Positions 1 through 8,741 of a stretch of DNA of 64,000 nt are shown piece by piece; the first letter of the stretch is position 1, and every line of letters begins with the position of its first letter. The position numbers were made by a program, and so were the translations under genes. The notes beneath the pieces are model-generated. The model saw only the letters and a list, made by a program, of their open reading frames with translations, was not told the origin of the DNA and did not search any database. The DNA is taken from positions 64,001-128,000 of the forward strand of contig CAVPIW010000009.1 of assembly GCA_963705105.1 (NCBI GenBank). Reading direction: 5' to 3'. The stretch comes from an uncultured Nitrospiraceae bacterium (lineage in GTDB: Bacteria; Nitrospirota; Thermodesulfovibrionia; Thermodesulfovibrionales; Dissulfurispiraceae).

Positions 1-143
1 TGCGAAACGCCTCAAAGTCTTTCCGGATGCGGACTGATCTTCTCGTCTATCCGCATGTCCGCCCGTTTCGATCGGTACTTAAATAGCATGTTATAAATGA
101 AGTGGTATCTTTCTGTCAAGCAAACGGGCCGCCGCCGGGTCGT

Positions 144-938
144 TCAGACAGGGACCCGGAGCGCCCTCCCGGGCTCGCGGAGGGACGGGACGGCCGCTGT
201 AAAATCCGATGATTTCAGAGGCTTCGAGAGGACCGCCCGCAGATGCCTGTCGACGAGGCCTCTCATCTCGTCAAGGATCGGGGCCGGCACACGAACCCGC
301 GACACCGCTTCCACAGGCCAGGAGATCAGGCCCCGGTATACCTTCAGTGTTCTGTCGGAAAAAGAAACGGCCTCCCCGTCGCCGGCCGGGCATTTTCCGC
401 ACAGCACCGAGCCGTGGGTGGGGAAAAAGCGGTACATTTCCCTCCTCTCGCTGCTCCCGCAGCGGCCGCAACTGTCAAGCCTCGGCTGATAGCCGCTCAG
501 AGCGAGAAACCGTATCTTGCAGTAGAGCGGGGGAAGCCTGTTGCCCTTGTCCTCGTCGACGGCCCGGAGTGTGGCGAGGAGGAGCGTGAAGAAGCTGTCG
601 TTCCGCTCCCTTTCCGGCAACAGGCGGAGGTTCATTTCGAGGAGTTCCGACACTGCGAGAAAGCAGTGGTAGTTATCCCGGATCGCCTGAAAGGACTCGC
701 CGATATCCGACTGCGTCAGCCTCGGCAGAGGACTCTGCTCCCTGCCGATGAAGGAAATGCGGGCGCAGGTGAGCGGTTCGAGGCTGCTCCCGAACCTGCT
801 CTTCGTCTTTCTCGGGCTCTTGGCGAAAACACTGAGCAGACCGCAGTCGCGCGTGAGATAGGTGACGATCAGATCGGCCTCGCCGAAAGGAGAGCTCCTC
901 AGGACGATCCCCTCGGTCCGGACCGGACGGGCAGTCAT
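144..938 (-). CDS. recO: DNA repair protein RecO
   Basis: N-terminal OB-fold (GIVLR..EADLIV..LT..G), Zn-finger CGRC...CGKC; lies downstream of era. Confidence 0.93.
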   Translation of the reverse strand: MTARPVRTEGIVLRSSPFGEADLIVTYLTRDCGLLSVFAKSPRKTKSRFGSSLEPLTCARISFIGREQSPLPRLTQSDIGESFQAIRDNYHCFLAVSELLEMNLRLLPERERNDSFFTLLLATLRAVDEDKGNRLPPLYCKIRFLALSGYQPRLDSCGRCGSSERREMYRFFPTHGSVLCGKCPAGDGEAVSFSDRTLKVYRGLISWPVEAVSRVRVPAPILDEMRGLVDRHLRAVLSKPLKSSDFTAAVPSLREPGRALRVPV

Positions 939-953
939 GGGACGGGAACGCCG

Positions 954-1406
954 CTACATGACATTCCCGAAATCTTCGGGCTTGAGGTTCTTAAGCCACT
1001 CCTCAAGCTCGTCGGCCCGCCTGACTTCAAGGACGGTGTCCTTGACGAATATGGGGGCCTGCACCCTGAGGGCGACGGCGACGGCGTCGGAAGGTCTGGA
1101 ATCTATGGTAATCTCGCGTTCTCCGTTATTTGCATGGATGAGGGCGTAGTAAGTGTTGTCGACGATCTCGGTGATGACGATCCGTGTCACCTTTGCCTGG
1201 AGGCCCTCAAAGACGTTTTTCACGAGGTCATGGGTCAAAGGCCTCGGTGTGATCACCTTGCCGAGGGCGAGCGCTATGGCATCCGCCTCGGGCTTGCCGA
1301 TCCAAATGGGAAGCGTTTCATTCCCGTCCACCTGCTGCAGAAGCAGGATATACATGCTGCTCCTCGGATCGAAGAGGAGACCCTCAACCTTCATCTGTAT
1401 CAACAT
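954..1406 (-). CDS. Bifunctional nuclease family (DUF151) protein
   Basis: LPIWIG..EA.AI, RPLTHDL and DSRPSDA motifs. Confidence 0.9.
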   Translation of the reverse strand: MLIQMKVEGLLFDPRSSMYILLLQQVDGNETLPIWIGKPEADAIALALGKVITPRPLTHDLVKNVFEGLQAKVTRIVITEIVDNTYYALIHANNGEREITIDSRPSDAVAVALRVQAPIFVKDTVLEVRRADELEEWLKNLKPEDFGNVM

Positions 1407-2332
1407 CACGCAAACCCCAGTTCCTTTAGAAATTGATTGTTACTTCTCCAGTCTTTTCGCATCTTGACCCAGAGAGAGAGGTGGACCTTCGCCCCCAGCA
1501 ATCCTTCGATCTCCTCGCGGGCGCTCGTCCCGATCGCCTTCAGGCGCGATCCGCCTTTGCCTATTATTATACCCTTTTGCCCTTCCCTTTCGATATAGAT
1601 ATTCGCGCCGATGAGGATGATCCCGTCCTCCCTCTCCTGCCAGGTCATGATCTCCGTCGCAATGGCGAAGGGGACCTCCTTTTCCGTCAGCTCCATCGCC
1701 TTTTCGCGGATAATCTCAGCCACCATGAACCGTTCGAGCTGGTCCGTGACGAGATCGTCGGGATAGTAGCGCGGCCCCTCGGGGAGGTATGAGACGATCG
1801 TGCCGACGAGCAGGTCGACGCCGTCTCCTGTCAGGGCCGAAAGGGGGATGATCTCCCTGAAGGCATAGAGCTTCCGGTAGGCTTCAATGACGGGAAGCAG
1901 CCTTGGCTTTTTCACCGTGTCCGCCTTGTTGATGACGAGGAAGACAGGCGAGGCGACGTCCCTGAGGAGGTCCAGGATGAGGCGATTTCCGGCTCCGGGC
2001 ATGACGGGCTCGACGAGAAAGAGGACCACGTCAACGTTTTTCATTGACTCCCGGGCCTCCTTCACCATGATCTCGCCGAGGCGGTGCAGGGGCCGGTGGA
2101 TGCCCGGCGTGTCGACAAAGATGATCTGGGCCTCCGGCAACGTCCTGATCCCGGTGATCCTCTTCCTCGTCGTCTGGGGCTTCGCGGTGACGATGGCGAT
2201 CTTCTCGCCCAGTATGGCGTTGAGCAGGGTCGATTTCCCGACGTTCGGCCTCCCGATGAGGCAGGCATAGCCGCTCCGGAAGGCCGTTTCGCCGCTGTTC
2301 GGATGATCCGATGTTTTACCTTGCGGTTGCAT
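1406..2332 (-). CDS. era: GTPase Era; probable start ATG lies in a repeat terminus
   Basis: GRPNVGKST, QTTR, DTPG, NKAD motifs and KH-domain GIIIGKGG. Confidence 0.95.
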   Translation of the reverse strand: MQPQGKTSDHPNSGETAFRSGYACLIGRPNVGKSTLLNAILGEKIAIVTAKPQTTRKRITGIRTLPEAQIIFVDTPGIHRPLHRLGEIMVKEARESMKNVDVVLFLVEPVMPGAGNRLILDLLRDVASPVFLVINKADTVKKPRLLPVIEAYRKLYAFREIIPLSALTGDGVDLLVGTIVSYLPEGPRYYPDDLVTDQLERFMVAEIIREKAMELTEKEVPFAIATEIMTWQEREDGIILIGANIYIEREGQKGIIIGKGGSRLKAIGTSAREEIEGLLGAKVHLSLWVKMRKDWRSNNQFLKELGFA

Positions 2333-2625
2333 GAAAAGGCGGGGCAAAGCGCCTCAAAGCCTCGCTGATAGCGACATTGCTTATTTCAGTCTCGGTTCTC
2401 ATCGTTCATAATCGTACGCTGTTCTGCCGTGAAGGCAGATATGGTTCAAAACCTTTCCAATGCGATGATCTTAGCGGAAAGGCTTTTCACCACATCAGCC
2501 TTCCCGCCCGCGTGTTCGTTCCTGCTATCCACTAATGACTCAATGACTGAGTGTCTTAATGACTTAATGACTGTTATGATGGCGCCTTCGCCCCGCCTTT
2601 CCCGACTGCTTAAGCAACGATGAGG
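2319..2625. mobile_element. Composite family-A MITE containing an internally deleted family-B unit (2429-2505) and AATGACT repeats
   Basis: Left CCTTGCGGTTGCATGAAAAGGCGGGG, right CCCCGCCTTTCCC...GCAACGATGAGG; no matching TSD. Confidence 0.7.
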
Positions 2626-2644
2626 TGCCGGAGTCTTCATAATG

Positions 2645-3841
2645 TCAGGAGAGACGCTCCCGTGCAGCCTTGATCCGCTCGACGCCCTTTTCGATGTTCT
2701 CCATCGATGTCGCATAGGAAAGCCTGATATAACGGTCGTCGCCGAAGGCCTCTCCATGGACGAGGGCCACCTGGGCCTCTTCGAGGAGGTACAGGGCGAA
2801 ATCGAGGGAGGAATTGATCGTCCTGTCGCCCGCTTTCTTTCCGTACAGGGCCGACACGTCCGGGAAGGCGTAGAAGGCGCCGTTGGGCTTGAGACAGCGC
2901 ACGCCGTCGATGGCGTTGAGCCTGTCGACGAGGTACGATCTCCTGCGGTCGAACTCGGCTCTCATGGTGCCGATGAAATCCTGGGGGCCTCTCAGTGCCG
3001 CCACGGCCGCCTTCTGGCTGATCGATGTGGGGTTCGACGTGGACTGGCTCTGGATGTTGGTCATCGCCTTGATGACGTCCTTCGGCCCCGCCGCATACCC
3101 CATCCTCCAGCCCGTCATGGCATGAGACTTCGACAGGCCGTTCACCACGATCGTGAGGTCCCTGATTTCCTTTCCCAGTGACGCGATGCTGATATGTTCG
3201 GTGCCGTCGTACACGAGTTTCTCATAGATCTCGTCCGAGACGATCACGATATTGTGCTTCACGGCGATCCGGGCGATCGCTTCGAGGGTCTTCCTGTCAT
3301 AGGCGAGGCCCGTCGGGTTCGACGGCGAATTGAGGATGAGGGCCTTCGTCTTCTTGGTGATCGCCGCTTCGAGCGCCTCAGGCCTGATCATAAAGTTGTC
3401 GGACTCGCTCGTCGCGACGATGACGGGTATTCCGTCATTCAGGAGCACCTGGTCGGGATAGGACACCCAGTAGGGGGCGGGGATGATGACTTCGTCCCCC
3501 GGGCCGAAGAGGGCCTGGGCGATGTTGTAGAGGCTGTGCTTCGCCCCGCAGGAGACGAGTATTTCCTCCCTCGCGTATTCGAGGCCGTTGTCGGTTTTGA
3601 ATTTATCGATAACCGCATCCTTCAGTTCGTCGATGCCGCCGACAGGGGTGTACTTCGTGAACCCCTCCCGGATTGCCTTTATGGCCGCCTCTTTTATGTG
3701 ATCGGGTGTATCGTAGTCCGGCTCTCCAACGCCGAAATTGACGACATCAACCCCCTGGGCCTTCATTGCTTTCGCTTTCGCATCCATGGCGAGCGTCGGC
3801 GACGGCTTGATCTTCTTTGCCCTTTCCGATAGCATGGACAT
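2645..3841 (-). CDS. aspC: PLP-dependent class I/II aminotransferase (aspartate aminotransferase)
   Basis: GEPD, SPSNPTG, DEIY and SKSHAMTGWRMG motifs. Confidence 0.9.
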   Translation of the reverse strand: MSMLSERAKKIKPSPTLAMDAKAKAMKAQGVDVVNFGVGEPDYDTPDHIKEAAIKAIREGFTKYTPVGGIDELKDAVIDKFKTDNGLEYAREEILVSCGAKHSLYNIAQALFGPGDEVIIPAPYWVSYPDQVLLNDGIPVIVATSESDNFMIRPEALEAAITKKTKALILNSPSNPTGLAYDRKTLEAIARIAVKHNIVIVSDEIYEKLVYDGTEHISIASLGKEIRDLTIVVNGLSKSHAMTGWRMGYAAGPKDVIKAMTNIQSQSTSNPTSISQKAAVAALRGPQDFIGTMRAEFDRRRSYLVDRLNAIDGVRCLKPNGAFYAFPDVSALYGKKAGDRTINSSLDFALYLLEEAQVALVHGEAFGDDRYIRLSYATSMENIEKGVERIKAARERLS

Positions 3842-3887
3842 GTCCTCCTCGCGTCAATGATTTTTCACTGAGACAGTGCAACCATCA

Positions 3888-4373
3888 TTATAACCCATTC
3901 CCCGACCTCCTCGCCCTGATTTTCTCGAGGGTCTCCCGGAAGTTCTCGTCTGCAGGCTTCAGTTCCGTCGCCTTCAGAGCCAGGGTCTCCGCCTCTGCGA
4001 GGTTTTCACCTTTGGTATAAAAAAGCCAGGCGAGGTTGTTGTATGCATCGGCGAGGGCAGGCCTCTCCCGGATGGCGCGGCGGTAATACGTCTCGGCGTC
4101 ATCCAGATCGCCCTTCTGAAAGGCGACGTTGCCCATGTAGAGAAAGGCCTCGGGCAGCTTCTTCGAGGCCCGGCGGTACTCCTCGAAGGCGGGATCGAGC
4201 TCGCCCTTCCTCTCATAGGCAAGGCCGAGGCTGATGTGCTCCTCCGGCGTGAGAGGGTCCTCGAGCACGATGATCCGGGGAAGGGAACAGGAGACCAGGG
4301 CACAGAAGCAAAGGAGAATCAGCATTAACCTTGAAGTTGCACGAAAAGGCGGGGGAAAGCGCCCCGCAGACAT
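3888..4373 (-). CDS. TPR-repeat lipoprotein
   Basis: Lipobox LVSC and TPR motifs (AYNNLAW); start uncertain. Confidence 0.8.
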   Translation of the reverse strand: MSAGRFPPPFRATSRLMLILLCFCALVSCSLPRIIVLEDPLTPEEHISLGLAYERKGELDPAFEEYRRASKKLPEAFLYMGNVAFQKGDLDDAETYYRRAIRERPALADAYNNLAWLFYTKGENLAEAETLALKATELKPADENFRETLEKIRARRSGNGL

Positions 4374-4381
4374 GTTCCCGA

Positions 4382-5041
4382 TCATTGAGGTCTCACCCAA
4401 AGGGTCCAGTAATCCGTCTTTTTCCACATGCCGAGGAACTCCCCTCTCTCCATATGGGCAGCCTCGTCCAGGCCGGAATGGACCATGACACCGCGGTCAT
4501 CTATGCCAAAGACGACCATGTAGTGGTGGATCCGGTAAACCGAAATCCCCCGGTCGACGAGGACGATGACGGGAAAGCGGCCGCTGATCTTCTCCCGGAG
4601 ATCGTCCCAACTCCCCCGGTAATAATCAGCCTTCAGTCCCTTCTTCCGCGCATAGATCATGAGGTCGACGTTGAGCGTGCCCCTTGCCGCGGGGCTGAAG
4701 ATGTCCGCGGCGACGGATTCGGGAGAGACAGCGACACGCCAGAACTGCAGCACGCTCGCGAGGGACGCAGGCCCGCATTGGTACTCCTCCTGGGGGAAGA
4801 AGGGGACCCCCTGGATGATGATCATCGGCGACGGAGCCTCTTGAGAAGGTTTCTGCTCCGGCAGGGCGGCGCATCCCCAGGCCGCCAGGAGCAGCAAGGC
4901 CGGAATGAACCATGCGATTGCACGAAAAGGCAAGGCAAAGCGCCTCAATGCCTTTCTGATCGCTACGCTGCAGCCGGGGGGGCAGATATGGTTCAAAGCC
5001 TTTCCGGAAGTTCTATGCGACGGTATGATGAAGGTACGCAT
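4382..5041 (-). CDS. C39-like cysteine peptidase lipoprotein (PA2778-like) with a 41-aa repeat-derived insertion
   Basis: VPFFPQEEYQCGPASLASVL, HYMVVFG, HSG motifs; lipobox AWGC. Confidence 0.85.
   Translation of the reverse strand: MRTFIIPSHRTSGKALNHICPPGCSVAIRKALRRFALPFRAIAWFIPALLLLAAWGCAALPEQKPSQEAPSPMIIIQGVPFFPQEEYQCGPASLASVLQFWRVAVSPESVAADIFSPAARGTLNVDLMIYARKKGLKADYYRGSWDDLREKISGRFPVIVLVDRGISVYRIHHYMVVFGIDDRGVMVHSGLDEAAHMERGEFLGMWKKTDYWTLWVRPQ
4910..5028. mobile_element. 119-bp family-A/B hybrid MITE with TGAA TSD, in-frame in a CDS
   Basis: TGAA at 4906-4909 and 5029-5032; both termini match the family-A TIRs. Confidence 0.8.
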
Positions 5042-5147
5042 TTTCGTGATGGTGACGGCTGTTTGGATATTCAGGACCGCAGGGCCGCCGGATTCCGTCT
5101 TATGTCCGGCGGCCCTGCGGCTGTCGTGACCGGGAGGATTTCAACAT

Positions 5148-5537
5148 CTATTTGACGATTATCCTGTGTCCCGTCAACTGTATGATGACAATGATGAGAA
5201 TGATGATGACGAGGATGGCGATGATCACCCCTGCGGCATCACCCCCGACCTGCAGGTCGTCGATTTTGAGGGCAAGCTGATGAATCTGCTGGTCGTCAAG
5301 CTGCTCCAGTCTGCCGGCGATCTCCTCCTGCGTGAATCCGAGTTTTTCCATCCGTTCCCTGACGACCTTCATCTCCAGGATCTGCCGGATCTTATCAAGA
5401 TCGGCATGCCTGTCGACGCTTGTCAGGGCGGCCAGGTCGGACGGGGAGAAGCCCGCATCGACCTTCGGGGCAACGGCAAGAAGGGCCATAATCAGAACGA
5501 GATACCACGTGATGTGCTTCATAAAGGGAATCCTCAT
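5148..5537 (-). CDS. PA2779-like membrane/secreted protein
   Basis: GGAGG RBS, signal peptide, LG...RL..L.D.QIHQLA motif, hydrophobic C-terminus; neighbours the C39 peptidase. Confidence 0.75.
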   Translation of the reverse strand: MRIPFMKHITWYLVLIMALLAVAPKVDAGFSPSDLAALTSVDRHADLDKIRQILEMKVVRERMEKLGFTQEEIAGRLEQLDDQQIHQLALKIDDLQVGGDAAGVIIAILVIIILIIVIIQLTGHRIIVK

Positions 5538-5578
5538 GCTCCGTATCACCTCCTTTCTCTTCGATCGGGAATAGTAAA

Positions 5579-5774
5579 CCTTATCGCTGCAATACACTCC
5601 CGGGAAAGGCGGGGCGTATGCGCCGAAAACCTTGCTGCGGCGACACCTGTATCGAGACTGAAGACGAGGCATAAGCCAATGTCAGGAGAATTGGGCATCT
5701 TTTCCGACACGGACACGCACTACTGACACTGTTTTCAGGGTGCTTCGCCCCGCCTTTCAATGCAACTAACACGG
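5579..5774. mobile_element. Family-A MITE (196 bp) with TAAA TSD
   Basis: TAAA|CCTTATCGCTGCAAT...ATGCAACTAACACGG|TAAA. Confidence 0.85.
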
Positions 5775-5784
5775 TAAACGCTCG

Positions 5785-6978
5785 TTACCGGTGCTTGTTC
5801 TGTTCAGCCCCTGGTGATGCCTCCGCTGCGGCACCGCATGTCCCGTCCTGCCCGGCACGATAGCGCTTCCGGGCCCTGCTGCCGATCGATGTGAGCACCT
5901 CGTAGGGGATGGTCCGCGCCCTCGCGGCGAGACCTGCGGCGTCGACGGCCTCCTCTCCCCCGTGACCGAGAAGGATGACATCGTCCCCCTCTTCCACGTC
6001 ATCGCAGCCGGTCAGGTCGATCATGGTCAGGTCCATGCAGACCCTCCCGACGACGGGATATCTCCTGCCCCTCACGACGACCTCGGCATTGTTCGAAAAG
6101 CAGCGGCCGTACCCGTCGGCATATCCGGCGGACATGACGCCGATGAGACTGGGCCTCGCCGTGACAAAGGTCCTGCCATAGCTGACGGGTGTGCCGGCGG
6201 GAAGCCTTCTGAGGGCCACAAGCCTCGCCTTCACTGTCATCACAGGTCTGAGAGTGTATGAAAAGTTTCCCTTGTGGCTTTCCGGCAGGGACAATGATCT
6301 CTCCACCGGTGAATACCCGTAGAGCATGAGCCCCGGCCGCACGGCATCAAAGTGGGATTCGGGGAGCGTCATGACGGCGGCGCTGTTGGCGATATGGTAA
6401 AGGGGGACTTCAATGCCCATGGCGGCGAGTCTCTGCCTGAGAGTCGCGAAGGTCGTGATCTGATGGTGTGCAAAAGAGACATCGAGCAGGTCGGCCTCGG
6501 AAAAGTGGCTCATGATCCCCCCGATGCGGATGCCTCTCAATGCGGCGATCCCTGCAATTTCAGAGTCCACATCTCCCGTCAGCCCCATCCGTCCCATGCC
6601 CGTATCGATCTTGACATGAATCGTGAGTGTCCGCCCCCGGCGTTCGGCTTCGTCGGAAAGGGCGGAGGCGGCTCTCCTGTCGCTCACAACGGGAATAAGA
6701 CCGTAACGGAAGACGTCCCTGAGATCGGGATCGAAAAAAACGATGACCGGCGCCGTTATGCCGGCGTCGCGCAGCTCCCTTGCCTCCTCGGTGAAAGCGA
6801 CACCGAGATACTCGACACGGAGCCTGGCGAGTTCACGGGAGACAGCGACAGCGCCGTGACCGTATGCATCGGCCTTAACGACGCCGATGACGGGTCGATG
6901 GGCCGCCAGGGCCCTGACCACCCCGAGATTCCGGGACAGCGCGTCAAGATCTATCTCTGCGACGGTTCCTCTATGCAT
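5785..6978 (-). CDS. alr: Alanine racemase
   Basis: VVKADAYGHG, KIDTGMGRMG, GYADGY and GRVCMD motifs. Confidence 0.96.
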   Translation of the reverse strand: MHRGTVAEIDLDALSRNLGVVRALAAHRPVIGVVKADAYGHGAVAVSRELARLRVEYLGVAFTEEARELRDAGITAPVIVFFDPDLRDVFRYGLIPVVSDRRAASALSDEAERRGRTLTIHVKIDTGMGRMGLTGDVDSEIAGIAALRGIRIGGIMSHFSEADLLDVSFAHHQITTFATLRQRLAAMGIEVPLYHIANSAAVMTLPESHFDAVRPGLMLYGYSPVERSLSLPESHKGNFSYTLRPVMTVKARLVALRRLPAGTPVSYGRTFVTARPSLIGVMSAGYADGYGRCFSNNAEVVVRGRRYPVVGRVCMDLTMIDLTGCDDVEEGDDVILLGHGGEEAVDAAGLAARARTIPYEVLTSIGSRARKRYRAGQDGTCGAAAEASPGAEQNKHR

Positions 6979-7021
6979 CGATGGCTCGTGATGAACTTCG
7001 CCGTGCAATCACGGGAGAGGG

Positions 7022-7255
7022 TCAGGCCTTCTTGCCGCCCCCTTCACCTTCCTGTTTCTCCGGTTCGCCCTCCTTGCCTTCAGGGGCAGGCTTCTTGGGC
7101 GTTACATCGATCTCATCGGGTTCATTCGTCGCTTTTTTAAAATTCCTGATCGCCTCGCCGACGCCTTTTCCGATCTGCGGCAGGCGCGTGGCTCCGAAAA
7201 GCACGATGACGATGATCAGAATGATGATCAATTCCTGCATCCCGAGTCCGAACAT
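7022..7255 (-). CDS. tatA: Twin-arginine translocase TatA/E
   Basis: TM helix, FG..RLP..GKG.G.AI..FK. Confidence 0.93.
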   Translation of the reverse strand: MFGLGMQELIIILIIVIVLFGATRLPQIGKGVGEAIRNFKKATNEPDEIDVTPKKPAPEGKEGEPEKQEGEGGGKKA

Positions 7256-7302
7256 AGAATCCTCCGCGTTGTTGGTAACGACCGAAGCCGGTGTATGACC
7301 CT

Positions 7303-7920
7303 TTATCCCCTGCCCCTTTGAAGGGTCCGCATGATTTCCTCAAGGTCCTCAGGGGTGTTGATATTCAGGAACGAACGGCCGAAGGGGTCCTTCGCCCTCA
7401 CCTTCTCCTCATCAACGAAGCGAGACTTTATCTCTGCCAGGAACCTCTTCATCGTCGTCTTTTCCCCGCCGATCGCCTCTTCGAGAAAAGGCAAAGCACT
7501 CCACGAGTATACACCAAAGAGGGGTTGCGGTTCACCATGGCAGACGGGGACGGTCGCATCGGGCGATGTCGTCTCCCGTGCCGCCTCATGTTCAGCGCGG
7601 ACGAGAGATATGACGCCGGCGTTTACAAGGGGCATATCGCAGGCCAGGACGAAGACATCGCCTCCGGCGTTCAGCAGCGCCGAATAGATGCCGGACATGG
7701 GCCCCCTCGACGGAAGCACATCGCCGATGAGGGGAACACCGAGATGGAAGTAGGCCTCAGGCATGTTCGTGCTGATCATGACCAGCGGGAACAGGCCGGA
7801 CAGGATACCGAGGGTCCTTTCAATGATCGTCGTCCCCTCGATTTGGATGAAAGACTTGAGGGCGGGAAACCGCCTGTTGCTTCCCCCGGCGAGAATGACG
7901 CCGGCAGCAACACCCGTCAC
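7303..7920 (-). CDS. mobA: Molybdenum cofactor guanylyltransferase
   Basis: ILAGG, GPMSGI, ACDMP and NINTPED motifs. Confidence 0.88.
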   Translation of the reverse strand: MTGVAAGVILAGGSNRRFPALKSFIQIEGTTIIERTLGILSGLFPLVMISTNMPEAYFHLGVPLIGDVLPSRGPMSGIYSALLNAGGDVFVLACDMPLVNAGVISLVRAEHEAARETTSPDATVPVCHGEPQPLFGVYSWSALPFLEEAIGGEKTTMKRFLAEIKSRFVDEEKVRAKDPFGRSFLNINTPEDLEEIMRTLQRGRG

Positions 7921-8741
7921 CGGACGGTGATCCCCGCATAGCCGACGACATGCTCATAATCGCCGCTCACCTCCGCCGATGTGGCGTATTTCACGAGCCG
8001 CGCTCCGCTCGCACCGAGCGCCCTGGCCGCAAAAAGCATGATGGTGGCGGGCATAACGCCGCACATCGATATCCTTTCCCGCTTCACCGTCCCGTAGAGG
8101 CCTTCGGGATCGAGGGCGAGGACCCTCTCGATTGCAAGCCCGTCGAGTCTCCGGGCCACCGTGTCGGGGACATAATGGCTCATGTCGGAACTCACTGCGA
8201 TCACGGCGGGGTATCCCGACCCTCTTATCGCCGCCGCAATGCTCTCTCCCACGGCCTGGCACATCTCCAGGCTGATCTGCATAACCGTGATGGGTACAAT
8301 CTTGACCGTGCTTGAAAAGTATGCGATGAAGGGGAGCTGGAGCTCAAGGGAGTGTTCATAGACGTGGGCCTGCACGTCATCGGAAACGATTCGCCCGGCG
8401 CCGGTGACCCTTTCCGCAAGGGCCTCGTCGATCTCGAATGACGCCGCCGGGATCTCCCACCGGCCCGACTTCATGATGGAGACGTCCGAACCCAGTCCCG
8501 TGTGGTTCGGACCGAGAAGCACGAAGGTCTGGGGAAACTCGATGGCGGAATACACGGCTCCGGCGACATGACCGGAATACATCAGTCCGGCGTGGGGAGA
8601 GACAAGGGCGATCACCTTCTCCCTGGCAGCCGTCTCAACGACATAATCGCCGACTTCCGACCGGAGCCCCTGGGCTGTGCCCGAATAAAACTGCCCTGCC
8701 ACGGCAGGACGACGGACGAGTGTGCGCGATGACCGCTCCAT
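7917..8741 (-). CDS. MEMO1-family protein (AmmeMemoRadiSam protein B)
   Basis: RRPAVAGQFY, PHAG, GPNH, EHSLE, SSDMSHY and MCG motifs. Confidence 0.92.
   Translation of the reverse strand: MERSSRTLVRRPAVAGQFYSGTAQGLRSEVGDYVVETAAREKVIALVSPHAGLMYSGHVAGAVYSAIEFPQTFVLLGPNHTGLGSDVSIMKSGRWEIPAASFEIDEALAERVTGAGRIVSDDVQAHVYEHSLELQLPFIAYFSSTVKIVPITVMQISLEMCQAVGESIAAAIRGSGYPAVIAVSSDMSHYVPDTVARRLDGLAIERVLALDPEGLYGTVKRERISMCGVMPATIMLFAARALGASGARLVKYATSAEVSGDYEHVVGYAGITVR

Noticed and set aside
5538..5672. Long N-terminal ORF extension and short ORFs over repeats (for example 11338-11673, 14169-14741, 22960-23184, 63107-63481)
   Set aside because: These are translations of MITE sequence; the real gene has its own RBS and ATG at 5537.
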